Source of the DNA: Eledone cirrhosa
Taxonomy: Eukaryota
Length of the DNA: 64,000 bases
Direction: 5' to 3'
Assembly (NCBI GenBank): GCA_964016885.1
Contig: OZ024741.1
Coordinates: forward strand, 313,286,001 to 313,350,000
Within the stretch, counting starts at the first letter, position 1. Each line of letters begins with the position of its first letter. Shown piece by piece: positions 28,805-43,704 of the stretch. The position numbers and the translations under genes are program-made. The notes beneath the pieces are model-generated. The model was not told the DNA's origin and made no database searches. It saw only the letters and a list, made by a program, of their open reading frames with translations.

Positions 28805-29494
28805 AATAAAAATACATGTGAAGAACGTACAATTTGGCAAATATACTTTTCAGTTAACAAAATGATTTAACTGAACAGTTTTATTAGGAAACAAGATGCT
28901 ACCACACCATCACTTGATACGGGGTAAATTTAAAAATCTAAATATTCCTTATCCAATGTGTATCATTATTACGTGGCGATATCATTTTACTTCCGACCTG
29001 TTTTATTTCGTGGGGAAATTACCGAGGATGTTCCGATAGTTTAGATAATTCATTGAATCAGTATACCATTCATATTATAACTATGACATTCATGATAATC
29101 TTATATATATATATATATATATATATATGGGTGTATATATGTGTGTATGTATGTATTTGTGTGTGTGTGTGTGTATGTGTGAATGTATGCATTTTTATAT
29201 AAATACATTAAATTATATATATATTCTAGAATATGGTAATATTTGGAAGGATTATATATTATATTTTTCTTATAATATTGTTTGTTACTTTCATAATGTT
29301 ATTATCATTGCATTTAATTGAACTAAAAATCAAAGTATTTTTTATAGAGGATCGATATAATATTCAATAAATCTACAACTTCATTTGTTAAGCACAAGAT
29401 CACTTTAATCTTGAAATTTAATATAAAATTATATCATTGATATATTATGTAATTAATGATATCTTCAACATTATCATATATATTTATATTTAAG

Positions 29495-29629
29495 AATGCC
29501 GAGCAGGAATGTTTGGTGTTGCTTGTAATGGGACCTGCCATTGTATCAACAACACGAACTGTGACAAGCGAAATGGAACATGTTTAGCTGGATGTTCTGC
29601 AGGTTATACTGGTGTCGATTGCCAAGAAG
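29495..29629 (+). CDS. EGF-like exon copy 9 (type A)
   Basis: tttaAG/GT; CLAGC variant. Confidence 0.75.
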
Positions 29630-29689
29630 GTATCTCTTATAATTGTTACGTGATTATTCTACACACACAAACACACACATATACATATT

Positions 29690-29721
<32 letters not shown>

Positions 29722-30237
29722 CATCATTTCATTTATATATATACAGTATATGCAGGTGTAAAAGATGACCTGCTGCATCTCTCGACCCATCAAATTATGT
29801 GGTACAAATCAGGTTTATGCCTATATACGCCAGTTTAGACGTCACCCCTGGTATAAGGGATTCCATTCTCCCCAGCCGTAGATATGTTTGCTGTTGTTTA
29901 TTTCCATAAAATAGAAAACATTAAAATAAACACTAAATAGTTGTAAAATAAAATGCATGTGAAGAAATTACAAGTTGCAAAATTTATTTTTCAGTTAACA
30001 AAACGATTTAACTGAACTGTTTTATTAGTAAACAATATCCTACCACACCGAGACTTGAGACGCGCGAATTTAAAAACCTAAATATTCCTTATCCAATGTG
30101 TATCAGCTTAGATGGCGATATATATCTACTTTCGTCCTGTTTTGTTTCGTGGGGAAATTACAGTAGTTTTCCGATAATTTAGATAATTCAGTGAATCAGT
30201 ATACCATTAATATAGTAATTATAATATTAATACTAAT

Positions 30238-31401
30238 AGGAATCGCTTGTTAGGAAAATGCAAGCTATGTACAGGGGTGCTGTCAGTAAAGGGACAATAG
30301 AAATGGAGTTTAGTGAGGAATTCCAGATACAAGTAGGTTTGCATCAAGGTTCGCTCCTCAGCCCAACCTTGTTCATTATAGACCTCCAAGCCATAGCAGA
30401 GGAGTTTAAGACTGGCTGCCCATGTGAACTTCTCTGTGCTGATGATCTGGTTCTTATAGCAGATTCAGTAGAGGAGCTAGAGAATACATTTTGGCTATGG
30501 AAACAGCAGTTGGAATCAGGAGGCCTGAGAGTGAACATAGCTAAAACAAAAGTGTTGATAAGTAGAAGAGAGGGGATGCTCTGATTCCATCAGGGAATTG
30601 GCCATGTTAGATATATAGCATAGGAACTGGCATAAATTCCATAAAATGTACGCAATGCTGATCTTGGAGACACAATAGATGTAGTGGAAGTGCAGGCAAA
30701 CTAACGGTTAGGGAAAACTACGTATGCAATAGAGCTACAGGGAAAGTTGGCAGTATTAATCGCTGTAATAGACTCATATTTCCAATGCAGGTGGGTTCTA
30801 TAGAAGTGGTGTATAGCTTCCGGTACCTAGGTGATCAGATAAGCATGGAAGGAGGGTGTTCCGCGTCCTTAGTATCTAGAATAATGACAGGTTGGTAGAA
30901 GATGATCGAGCTTCTTTCTCTGTTAACAAAGAAGCGTTTCTCCCTGCGAACAAAATGACGGTTATATGATACCTGTGTGAGATGCGAGGATGCTGCATGG
31001 TAGTTAGAAATGGACAGCAACTGCTGAAGTTATGCGACGGTTGGAGAGAAATGAAGCAAGTATGCTCCGTTGGATGTGCAATTTTAATGTGCGTGAACGA
31101 TCAAGCATAGACGAGTTGAGAAGGAAACTGGGTATAAGAGGGATAAGTTGTGGTGTTCAGGAGAGAAGGCTGAGATGGTATGGACATATGATGAGGATGT
31201 AAGATGAGCACTGGGTGAAGAAAGCCAGGAACTCCAAGTGGAGGGAAGTCGCAGTAGAGGTAGGCCACGAAAAACATGGTCGGAGCTGGTGAAAATCACC
31301 GTGGAGATGACAAGGATCCGTGACAAGTGGGGAGATGCTGTGTTGAATAGGACCCGTCCAACCATTGCAAGCAGGGAAAAGCGGGCGGAAAAATGATAAT
31401 A
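30238..31401 (+). mobile_element. RTE LINE fragment, co-duplicated copy
   Basis: As above. Confidence 0.9.
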
Positions 31402-32092
31402 AATAAAAATACATGTGAAGAAAGTACAATTTGGCAAATAAACTTTTCAGTTAAGAAAATGCTTTAACTGAACAGTTTTATTAGTAAACAACATGCTACC
31501 ACACCATCACTTGATAGGCGGTAAATTTAAAAAGCTAAATATTCCTTATCCAATGTGTATCATTATTACGTGGCGATATGATTTTACTTCCGACCTGTTT
31601 TACTTCGTGGCGAAATTACCGGAGATTTTCCGATAGTTTAGATAATTCAGTGAATCATTATACCATTCACATTATAACTATAATATTCGTGATAATATTA
31701 TTTATATATATATATATATATATATAGGGGTGTATATATGTGTCTATGTATGTATTTGTGTGTGCGTGTGTATGTGTGTATGTATGCATTTTTATATATA
31801 TACATTATATTATATATATATTCTAGAATATGGTAATATTTGGAAGGATTATATATGATATTTTTCTTATAGTATTGTTTGTTACTTTCATAATGTTATT
31901 ATCATTGCATTTAATTGAACTAAAAATCAAAGTATTTTTTATAGTGGATCGATATAATATTCAATAAATCTACAACTTCATTTGTTAAGCACAAGATCAC
32001 TTTAATCTTGAAATTTAATATAAAATTGTCTCATTGATATATGTATGTAATTAATGATATCTTCAACATTATCATATATATTGATATTTTAG

Positions 32093-32227
32093 AATGCCGA
32101 GCAGGAATGTTTGGTGTTGCTTGTAATGGGACCTGCCATTGTATCAACAACACGAACTGTGACAAGCGAAATGGAACATGTTTAGGTGGATGTTCTGCAG
32201 GTTATACTGGTGACGATTGCCAAGAAG
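32093..32227 (+). CDS. EGF-like exon copy 10 (type B)
   Basis: ttttAG/GT; CLGGC and GDDC variants. Confidence 0.85.
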
Positions 32228-32290
32228 GTATCTCTTATAATTGTTACGTGATTATTCTACACACACAAACACACACATATATATATTTAC

Positions 32291-32375
<85 letters not shown>

Positions 32376-32609
32376 AATTCATTTATATATATACAGTATA
32401 TGCCGGTGTAAAAGTTCATCCGCTGCATCTCTAGACCCATCAAATTATGTGGTACAAATCAGGTTTAGGCCTATACACGCTAGTTTAGATGTCACCGCTG
32501 GTATAAGGGATTCCCTTCTCCCCAGCCGTAGATATGTTTGCCGTTGTTTATTTGCATAAAATAGAAAACATTAAAATAAACACTAAATAGTTGTAAAATA
32601 AAAATGCAT

Positions 32610-33697
32610 GTGAGGAATTCCAGATACAAGTAGGTTTGCATCAATTTCGCTCCTCAGCCCAATCTTGTTCATTATAGTCCTCCAAGCCATAACAGAGGAG
32701 TTTAAGACTGGCTGCCCATGTGAAATTCTCTGTGCTGATGATCTGGTTCTTATAGCAGATTCAGTAGAGAAACTAGTGAATAAATTCTGGCTATGGAGAC
32801 AGCAGTTGGAATCAGGAGGCCTGAGAGTGAACATAGCTAAAACAAATGTGTTGATAAGTAGAAGAGAGGGAAATGCACTGATTCCATCAGGGAATTGGCC
32901 ATGTTAGATATATAGCATAGGAACTGGCATAAATTCCATAAATTGTATGCAATGCTGATGTTGGAGACACAAGAGATGTAGTGGGAGAGCAGGTAAACTA
33001 ATGGTTAGGGAAAACTACGTATGCAAACGATGAACAGGGAAAGTTGGCAGTATTAATCGCGTGATAGACTCATTTTACCAAAGCAGTTGGGTTCTATAGA
33101 AGTGGTTGATAGCCTCTGGTACATAGGTGATCGTATAAGCATGGGAGGAGGGTGTTTCGCGTCCACATTATCTAGAATAAGGACGGGTTGGTAGAAGTTT
33201 ATGGACCTTCTTTCTCTGTTGACAAAGAAGCGTTTCTCCCTGCGAACAAAAGGACGGTTATATGATACCTGTGTGAGATGCGAGGATGCTGCATGGTAGT
33301 TAGAAATGGACAGCAACTGCTGACGTTATGCGACGGCTGGAGAGAAATGAAGCAAGTATGCTCCGTTGGATGTGCAATTTTAATGTGCGTGAACGATCAA
33401 GCATAGACGAGTTGAGAATGAAATTGTGTATAAGAGGGATAAGTTGTGGTGTGTAGGAGAGGAGGCTGAGATGGTATGGACATATGATGTGCATGGAGGA
33501 GGATTACTGGGTGAATAAAGGCAGGAACTCCTAGTGGAGGGAAGTCGCAGTATAGGTAGGCCACAAAAAACATGGGCGGAGCTGGTGAAAATCACCGAGG
33601 AGATGACAAAGGACCGTGACAAGTGGGGAGATGCTGTGCTGAATAGGACCCGTCCAACCATTGCAAGCAGGGAAAAGCTGGCGGAAAAATGATAATA
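32610..33697 (+). mobile_element. RTE LINE fragment (type B)
   Basis: As above. Confidence 0.9.
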
Positions 33698-34307
33698 AAT
33701 AAAGATACATGTGCAGAAAGTACAACTTGCCAAATATACTTTTCAGTTAACAAAATGCTTTAACTGAACAGTGTTGTTAGTAAACAAGATGCTACCACAC
33801 CATCACTTGATACGCGGTAAATTTAAAAACCTAAATATTCCTTATCCAATGTGTATCATTATTACGTGGCGATATCATTTTACTTTCGACCTGTTCTGTT
33901 TCGTGGGGAAATTACCGGAGATTTTGCGATAGTTTAGATACTTCAGTGAATCAGTATACCATTCACATTATAACTATGACATTCATGATAATATTATATA
34001 TATATATGGGTGTATATATGTGTGTATGTATGTATTTGTGTGTGTGTGTGTGTATGTGTGTATGTATGCATTTTTATATATATACATTATATTATATATA
34101 TATTCTAGAATATGGTAATATTTGGAAGGATTATATTTGATATTTTTCTTATAATATTGTTTGTTACTTTCATAATGTTATTAACATCGCATTTAATTAA
34201 ACTAAAAATCCAAGTATTTTTTATAGAGGATCGATATAATATTCAATAAATCTATAACTTCATTTGTTTATCACAAGATCACTGTAATCTTGAAATTTAA
34301 TATAAAA

Positions 34308-34601
34308 CTAGACCACTCGTGACCCGTTTGGTCATGTTCACTTTAAAATATTTTCTTAAAAATCGTGTTCACTTAAAAATAATTTTTAAATAATAAAAAT
34401 ATACACATACATGTATATAATGCGAAATGAAACTGGAAGACCTATATATATATACGTGAGTGTATGCATATATATATATGTCTGTGTGTGTAAACATATA
34501 CATATATATGTATGTGTGTGTATATATATATAAATGTGGATTCTGTGATCTACATGCACTGGTCATAAACACACACATATATATATATATATTCACACAC
34601 A

Positions 34602-34639
<38 letters not shown>

Positions 34640-35340
34640 ACAGCACCACCAACTCTCTTCCATTTTCATTCTCTGTCTCCTCTCCCTCTTTCTGTCTCTC
34701 TTTCAATTTACTCTCTCACAACCACTATCTCTTTCTCTCTATCTTTTTCTCTCTTTGTTTACATTGTTTATGAAGGCACCAGGAAAAACCCCTTATGTCG
34801 GGAACCCGCGGTCTAATTTACGCGAAATTTGTTTTGTTCAATTTGTATATCCATTTCAGGGTCAACTTCCTTTCAAAGTATTTTCCCATTATGCGCCCTT
34901 TTGGATGTATTACATTAGAGATAAGCAAGCAATCAATCACAGACTTTTTGAATTATATAAAAAAGTATACACCATTCTAATATATATATATTGCCTGTAG
35001 AGGTAATCGAAGTGTGTATACATTTTTCGGGGACACCATATATATATATATACGGGGGTCCCTAAAAATGTATACGCCATTCTAATATATATATTGAATG
35101 TACAGTTAATTAAAGTGTGTATACATTTTTCCGGGACACCATATATATATACCGGTGTCCCTAAAAATATATGCACCATTCTAATATATATATTGCCTGC
35201 ACAGGTAAACAAAGTGTGTATACATTTTTCGGGGACACCATATATATATATATACCGGTGTCCCTAAAAATGTATACACCATTCTAATATATATATTACC
35301 GGTACAGGTAATTAAAGTGTGTATACCTTTTTCGGGGACA

Positions 35341-35387
<47 letters not shown>

Positions 35388-35586
35388 GGGGTCCCTAAAA
35401 ATGTATACACCATTCTAATATATATATTGCCTGTACAGTTAATCAAAGTGTGCATACATTTTTCGGGGACACCATATATATATATATATATATATATATA
35501 CTGGCGACCCTTAAAATGTATACACCATTCTAATATATATATTGCCTGTACAGGTAATCAAAGTGTGTATACATTTTTAAGGGACA

Positions 35587-35631
<45 letters not shown>

Positions 35632-36035
35632 GGGGTACCTAAAAATGTATACACCATTCTAATATATATATTGCCTGTACAGGTAATCAGAGTGTGTATA
35701 CATTTTTGGGGGGACACCATATATATATATATACCGGTTACCCTAAACATGTATACACCATTCTAATATATATATTGCCTGTACAGGTAATCAACGTGTG
35801 TATACATTTTTCGGGGACACTATATATATATATATATACCGGGGTCCCTAAAAATGTATACACCATCCTAACAAGTAATACATGTATAGGCAATCAAAGT
35901 GGGTATACATTTTTGGGGGGACAACCTGTATATACACAAATATTAACATATATATATAGAGAACGTGTGTGCAAGCAAGCAAGCAAGCAAACAAGCAAGA
36001 AAACAGTCAAGATCAGAGTTTTAGTAGTATATAGA
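34308..36035 (-). mobile_element. Non-autonomous Helitron
   Basis: Interrupts host TATAAAA|TTGTATC between A and T with no TSD; minus strand begins TC(TATATACTAC) and ends CTAG, subterminal hairpin TGACC-CGTTT-GGTCA. Confidence 0.8.
34960..35930. repeat. Tandem array of ~100-bp palindromic MITE-like units inside the Helitron
   Basis: Unit CCGGGGTCCCTAAAAATGTATACAC...GTGTATACATTTTTCGGGGACACC separated by (TA)n. Confidence 0.85.
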
Positions 36036-36099
36036 TTGTATCATTGATATATGTATGTAATTAATATCTTCAATATTATCATATATATTGATATTTTAG

Positions 36100-36234
36100 A
36101 ATGTCGAGCAGGAATGTTTGGTGTTGCTTGTAATGGGACCTGCCATTGTATCAACAACACGAACTGTGACAAGCGAAATGGAACATGTTTAGATGGATGT
36201 TCTGCAGGTTATACTGGTGTCGATTGCCAAGAAG
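36100..36234 (+). CDS. EGF-like exon copy 11 (type C)
   Basis: ttttAG/GT, open frame. Confidence 0.85.
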
Positions 36235-36308
36235 GTATCTCTTATAATGTTTACGTAATTATTCTACTCACACACAAGCACACACATACACACACACACA
36301 CACACACT

Positions 36309-36497
<189 letters not shown>

Positions 36498-37009
36498 AAT
36501 TCATTTATATATATACAGTATATGCCGGTGTAAAAGTTGATCCGCTGCATATCTCAACCCATCAAATCTTGTGGTACAAATCAGGTTTAGGCCTATATAC
36601 GCCAGTTTAGAGGACACCCCTGGTATAAGGGATTCCATTCTCCCCAGCCCGAGATATGTTTGCCGTTGTTTATTTGCATAAAATAGAAAACATTAAAACC
36701 AACACTAAATAGTTGTGAAATAAAAATGCATGTGAAGAAAGTACAAGTTGCAAAATTTATTTTTCAGTTAACAAAATGATTTAACTGAACTGTTTTATTA
36801 GTAAACAATATCCTACCACACGTGACTTGATACGCGGAAATTTAAAAACCTAAATATTCCTTATCCAATGTGTATCAGCTTAGATGGCGATATATATTTA
36901 CTTTTGTCCTGTTTTGTTTCGTGGGGAAATTACAGTAGTTTTCCGATAATTTAGATAATTCAGTGAATCAGTATACCATTAATATAATAATTATAATATT
37001 AATACTAAT

Positions 37010-38172
37010 AGGAATCGTTTGTGAGGAAAATGCAAGCTATGTACAGGGGTGCTGTCAATAAAGTGACAATAGAAATGGAGTTTAGTGAGGAATTCCAGAT
37101 ACAAGTAGGTTTGCATCAAGGTTCGCTCCTCAGCCCAATCTTGTTCATTATAGACCTCCAAGCCATAACAGAGGAGTTTAAGACTGGCTGCGCATGTGAA
37201 CTTCTCTGTGCTGATGATCTGGTTCTTATAGCAGATTCAGTAGAGGGACTAGAGAATAAATTCTGGCAATGGAAACAGCAGTTGGAATCAGTAGACCTGA
37301 GAGTGAACATAGCTAAAACAAAAGTGTTGATAAGTAGAAGAGAGGGGTTGCTCTGATTCCATCAGGGAATTGGCCATGTTAGATATATAGCATAGGAACT
37401 GGCATAAATTCCATAAAATGTACGCAATGCTGATCTTGGAGACACAATAGATGTAGTGGGAGAGGAGGCAAACTAACGGTTAGGGAAAACTACGTATGCA
37501 ATAGAGCTACAGGGAATGTTGGCTGTAGTAATCGCTGTAATAGACTCATTTTTCCAATGCAGGTGGGTTCTATAGAAGTGGTGTATAGCTTCCAGTACCT
37601 AGGTGATCAGATAAGCGTAGGAGGAGGGTGTTCCGCGTCCTTAGTATCTAGAATAACACAGGTTGGTAGAGGTTCATGGAGATTCTTTCTCTGTTGACAA
37701 AGAAACGTTTCTCCCTGCGTGCAAAATGACTGTTATATGATACCTGTGTGAGATGCGAGGATGCTGCATGGTAGTTAGAAATGGACAGCAACTGCTGAAA
37801 TTATGCGACGGTTGGAGAGAAATGAAGCAAGTATGCTCCGTTGGATGTGCAATTTTAATGTGCGTGAACGATCAAGCATAGACGAGCTGAGAAGGAAACT
37901 GGGTATAAGAGGCATAAGTTGTGGTGTGCAGGAGAGAAGGCTGAGATGTTATGGACATATGATGTGGATGAAGGATGAGCACTGGGTGAAGAAAGCCAGG
38001 AACTCCAAATGGAGGGAAGTCGCAGTAGAGGTAGGCCACGAAAAACATGGGCGGAACTGGTGAAAATCACCGAGGAGATGACAAAGATCCGTGACAAGTG
38101 GGGAGATGCTGTGTTGAATAGGACCCGTCCAACCATTGCAAGGAGGGAAAAGCGGGCGGAAAAATGATAATG
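37010..38172 (+). mobile_element. RTE LINE fragment, co-duplicated copy
   Basis: As above. Confidence 0.9.
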
Positions 38173-38466
38173 AATAAAAATGCATGTGAAGAAAGTACAA
38201 TTTGTCAAATAAACTTTTCAGGTAAGAAAATGATTTAACTGAACAGTTTTTTAATAAACAAGATGCTACCACACCATCACTTGATACGGGGTAAATTTAA
38301 AAATCTAAATATTCCTTATCCAATGTGTATCATTATTACGTGGCGATATCATTTTACTTCCGACCTGTTTTATTTCGTGGGGAAATTACCGAGGATGTTC
38401 CGATAGTTTAGATAATTCATTGAATCAGTATACCATTCATATTATAACTATGACATTCATGATAAT

Positions 38467-38515
<49 letters not shown>

Positions 38516-38879
38516 GTGTATATATGTGTGTATGTATGTATTTGTGTGTGTGTGTGTGTATGTGTGTATGTATGCATTTTTATATAAATACATTAAATTA
38601 TATATATATTCTAGAATATGGTAATATTTGGAAGGATTATATATTATATTTTTCTTATAATATTGTTTGTTACTTTCATAATGTTATTATCATTGCATTT
38701 AATTGAACTAAAAATCAAAGTATTTTTTATAGAGGATCGATATAATATTCAATAAATCTACAACTTCATTTGTTAAGCACAAGATCACTTTAATCTTGAA
38801 ATTTAATATAAAATTATATCATTGATATATTATGTAATTAATGATATCTTCAACATTATCATATATATTTATATTTAAG

Positions 38880-39014
38880 AATGCCGAGCAGGAATGTTTG
38901 GTGTTGCTTGTAATGGGACCTGCCATTGTATCAACAACACGAACTGTGACAAGCGAAATGGAACATGTTTAGCTGGATGTTCTGCAGGTTATACTGGTGT
39001 CGATTGCCAAGAAG
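38880..39014 (+). CDS. EGF-like exon copy 12 (type A)
   Basis: tttaAG/GT; CLAGC variant. Confidence 0.75.
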
Positions 39015-39074
39015 GTATCTCTTATAATTGTTACGTGATTATTCTACACACACAAACACACACATATACATATT

Positions 39075-39106
<32 letters not shown>

Positions 39107-39622
39107 CATCATTTCATTTATATATATACAGTATATGCAGGTGTAAAAGATGACCTGCTGCATCTCTCGACCCATCAAATTATGTGGTACAAATCAGGTT
39201 TATGCCTATATACGCCAGTTTAGACGTCACCCCTGGTATAAGGGATTCCATTCTCCCCAGCCGTAGATATGTTTGCTGTTGTTTATTTCCATAAAATAGA
39301 AAACATTAAAATAAACACTAAATAGTTGTAAAATAAAATGCATGTGAAGAAATTACAAGTTGCAAAATTTATTTTTCAGTTAACAAAACGATTTAACTGA
39401 ACTGTTTTATTAGTAAACAATATCCTACCACACCGAGACTTGATACGCGGGAATTTAAAAACCTAAATATTCCTTATCCAATGTGTATCAGCTTAGATGG
39501 CGATATATATCTACTTTCGTCCTGTTTTGTTTCGTGGGGAAATTACAGTAGTTTTCCGATAATTTAGATAATTCAGTGAATCAGTATACCATTAATATAG
39601 TAATTATAATATTAATACTAAT

Positions 39623-40786
39623 AGGAATCGCTTGTTAGGAAAATGCAAGCTATGTACAGGGGTGCTGTCAGTAAAGGGGCAATAGAAATGGAGTTTAGTG
39701 AGGAATTCCAGATACAAGTAGGTTTGCATCAAGGTTCGCTGCTCAGCCCAACCTTGTTCATTATAGACCTCCAAGCCATAGCAGAGGAGTTTAAGACTGG
39801 CTGCCCATGTGAACTTCTCTGTGCTGATGATCTGGTTCTTATAGCAGATTCAGTAGAGGAGCTAGAGAATACATTTTGGCTATGGAAACAGCAGTTGGAA
39901 TCAGGAGGCCTGAGAGTGAACATAGCTAAAACAAAAGTGTTGATAAGTAGAAGAGAGGGGATGCTCTGATTCCATCAGGGAATTGGCCATGTTAGATATA
40001 TAGCATAGGAACTGGCATAAATTCCATAAAATGTACGCAATGCTGATCTTGGAGACACAATAGATGTAGTGGAAGTGCAGGCAAACTAACGGTTAGGGAA
40101 AACTACGTATGCAATAGAGCTACAGGGAAAGTTGGCAGTATTAATCGCTGTAATAGACTCATATTTCCAATGCAGGTGGGTTCTATAGAAGTGGTGTATA
40201 GCTTCCGGTACCTAGGTGATCAGATAAGCATGGAAGGAGGGTGTTCCGCGTCCTTAGTATCTAGAATAATGACAGGTTGGTAGAAGATGATCGAGCTTCT
40301 TTCTCTGTTGACAAAGAAGCGTTTCTCCCTGCGAACAAAATGACGGTTATATGATACCTGTGTGAGATGCGAGGATGCTGCATGGTAGTTAGAAATGGAC
40401 AGCAACTGCTGAAGTTATGCGACGGTTGGAGAGAAATGAAGCAAGTATGCTCCGTTGGATGTGCAATTTTAATGTGCGTGAACGATCAAGCATAGACGAG
40501 TTGAGAAGGAAACTGGGTATAAGAGGGATAAGTTGTGGTGTTCAGGAGAGAAGGCTGAGATGGTATGGACATATGATGAGGATGTAAGATGAGCACTGGG
40601 TGAAGAAAGCCAGGAACTCCAAGTGGAGGGAAGTCGCAGTAGAGGTAGGCCACGAAAAACATGGTCGGAGCTGGTGAAAATCACCGTGGAGATGACAAAG
40701 ATCCGTGACAAGTGGGGAGATGCTGTGTTGAATAGGACCCGTCCAACCATTGCAAGCAGGGAAAAGCGGGCGGAAAAATGATAATA
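39623..40786 (+). mobile_element. RTE LINE fragment, co-duplicated copy
   Basis: As above. Confidence 0.9.
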
Positions 40787-41475
40787 AATAAAAATACATG
40801 TGAAGAAAGTACAATTTGGCAAATAAACTTTTCAGTTAAGAAAATGCTTTAACTGAACAGTTTTATTAGTAAACAACATGCTACCACACCATCACTTGAT
40901 AGGCGGTAAATTTAAAAAGCTAAATATTCCTTATCCAATGTGTATCATTATTACGTGGCGATATGATTTTACTTCCGACCTGTTTTACTTCGTGGCGAAA
41001 TTACCGGAGATTTTCCGATAGTTTAGATAATTCAGTGAATCATTATACCATTCACATTATAACTATAATATTCGTGATAATATTATTTATATATATATAT
41101 ATATATATAGGGGTGTATATATGTGTCTATGTATGTATTTGTGTGTGCGTGTGTATGTGTGTATGTATGCATTTTTATATATATACATTATATTATATAT
41201 ATATTCTAGAATATGGTAATATTTGGAAGGATTATATATGATATTTTTCTTATAGTATTGTTTGTTACTTTCATAATGTTATTATCATTGCATTTAATTG
41301 AACTAAAAATCAAAGTATTTTTTATAGTGGATCGATATAATATTCAATAAATCTACAACTTCATTTGTTAAGCACAAGATCACTTTAATCTTGAAATTTA
41401 ATATAAAATTGTCTCATTGTTATATGTATGTAATTAATGATATCTTCAACATTATCATATATATTGATATTTTAG

Positions 41476-41610
41476 AATGCCGAGCAGGAATGTTTGGTGT
41501 TGCTTGTAATGGGACCTGCCATTGTATCAACAACACGAACTGTGACAAGCGAAATGGAACATGTTTAGCTGGATGTTCTGCAGGTTATACTGGTGACGAT
41601 TGCCAAGAAG
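41476..41610 (+). CDS. EGF-like exon copy 13 (type B)
   Basis: ttttAG/GT; CLAGC plus GDDC. Confidence 0.85.
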
Positions 41611-41673
41611 GTATCTCTTATAATTGTTACGTGATTATTCTACACACACAAACACACACATATATATATTTAC

Positions 41674-41772
<99 letters not shown>

Positions 41773-42006
41773 AATTCATTTATATATATACAGTATATGC
41801 CGGTGTAAAAGTTCATCCGCTGCATCTCTAGACCCATCAAATTATGTGGTACAAATCAGGTTTAGGCCTATACACGCTAGTTTAGATGTCACCGCTGGTA
41901 TAAGGGATTCCCTTCTCCCCAGCCGTAGATATGTTTGCCGTTGTTTATTTGCATAAAATAGAAAACATTAAAATAAACACTAAATAGTTGTAAAATAAAA
42001 ATGCAT

Positions 42007-43094
42007 GTGAGGAATTCCAGATACAAGTAGGTTTGCATCAATTTCGCTCCTCAGCCCAATCTTGTTAATTATAGTCCTCCAAGCCATAACAGAGGAGTTT
42101 AAGACTGGCTGCCCATGTGAAATTCTCTGTGCTGATGATCTGGTTCTTATAGCAGATTCAGTAGAGAAACTAGTGAATAAATTCTGGCTATGGAAACAGC
42201 AGTTGGAATCAGGAGGCCTGAGAGTGAACATAGCTAAAACAAATGTGTTGATAAGTAGAAGAGAGGGAAATGCACTGATTCCATCAGGGAATTGGCCATG
42301 TTAGATATATAGCATAGGAACTGGCATAAATTCCATAAATTGTATGCAATGCTGATGTTGGAGACACAAGAGATGTAGTGGGAGAGCAGGTAAACTAATG
42401 GTTAGGGAAAACTACGTATGCAAACGATGAACAGGGAAAGTTGGCAGTATTAATCGCGTGATAGACTCATTTTACCAAAGCAGTTGGGTTCTATAGAAGT
42501 GGTTGATAGCCTCTGGTACATAGGTGATCGTATAAGCATGGGAGGAGGGTGTTTCGCGTCCACATTATCTAGAATAAGGACGGGTTGGTAGAAGTTTATG
42601 GACCTTCTTTCTCTGTTGACAAAGAAGCGTTTCTCCCTGCGAACAAAAGGACGGTTATATGATACCTGTGTGAGATGCGAGGATGCTGCATGGTAGTTAG
42701 AAATGGACAGCAACTGCTGACGTTATGCGACGGCTGGAGAGAAATGAAGCAAGTATGCTCCGTTGGATGTGCAATTTTAATGTGCGTGAACGATCAAGCA
42801 TAGACGAGTTGAGAATGAAATTGTGTATAAGAGGGATAAGTTGTGGTGTGTAGGAGAGAAGGCTGAGATGGTATGGACATATGATGTGCATGGAGGAGGA
42901 TTACTGGGTGAATAAAGGCAGGAACTCCTAGTGGAGGGAAGTCGCAGTATAGGTAGGCCACAAAAAACATGGGCGGAGCTGGTGAAAATCACCGAGGAGA
43001 TGACAAAGGACCGTGACAAGTGGGGAGATGCTGTGCTGAATAGGACCCGTCCAACCATTGCAAGCAGGGAAAAGCTGGCGGAAAAATGATAATA
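42007..43094 (+). mobile_element. RTE LINE fragment (type B)
   Basis: As above. Confidence 0.9.
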
Positions 43095-43704
43095 AATAAA
43101 GATACATGTGCAGAAAGTACAACTTGCCAAATATACTTTTCAGTTAACAAAATGCTTTAACTGAACAGTGTTGTTAGTAAACAAGATGCTACCACACCAT
43201 CACTTGATACGCGGTAAATTTAAAAACCTAAATATTCCTTATCCAATGTGTATCATTATTACGTGGCGATATCATTTTACTTTCGACCTGTTCTGTTTCG
43301 TGGGGAAATTACCGGAGATTTTGCGATAGTTTAGATAATTCAGTGAATCAGTATACCATTCACTTTATAACTATGACATTCATGATAATATTATATATAT
43401 ATATGGGTGTATATATGTGTGTATGTATGTATTTGTGTGTGTGTGTGTGTATGTGTGTATGTATGCATTTTTATATATATACATTATATTATATATATAT
43501 TCTAGAATATGGTAATATTTGGAAGGATTATATTTGATATTTTTCTTATAATATTGTTTGTTACTTTCATAATGTTATTAACATCGCATTTAATTAAACT
43601 AAAAATCCAAGTATTTTTTATAGAGGATCGATATAATATTCAATAAATCTATAACTTCATTTGTTTATCACAAGATCACTGTAATCTTGAAATTTAATAT
43701 AAAA

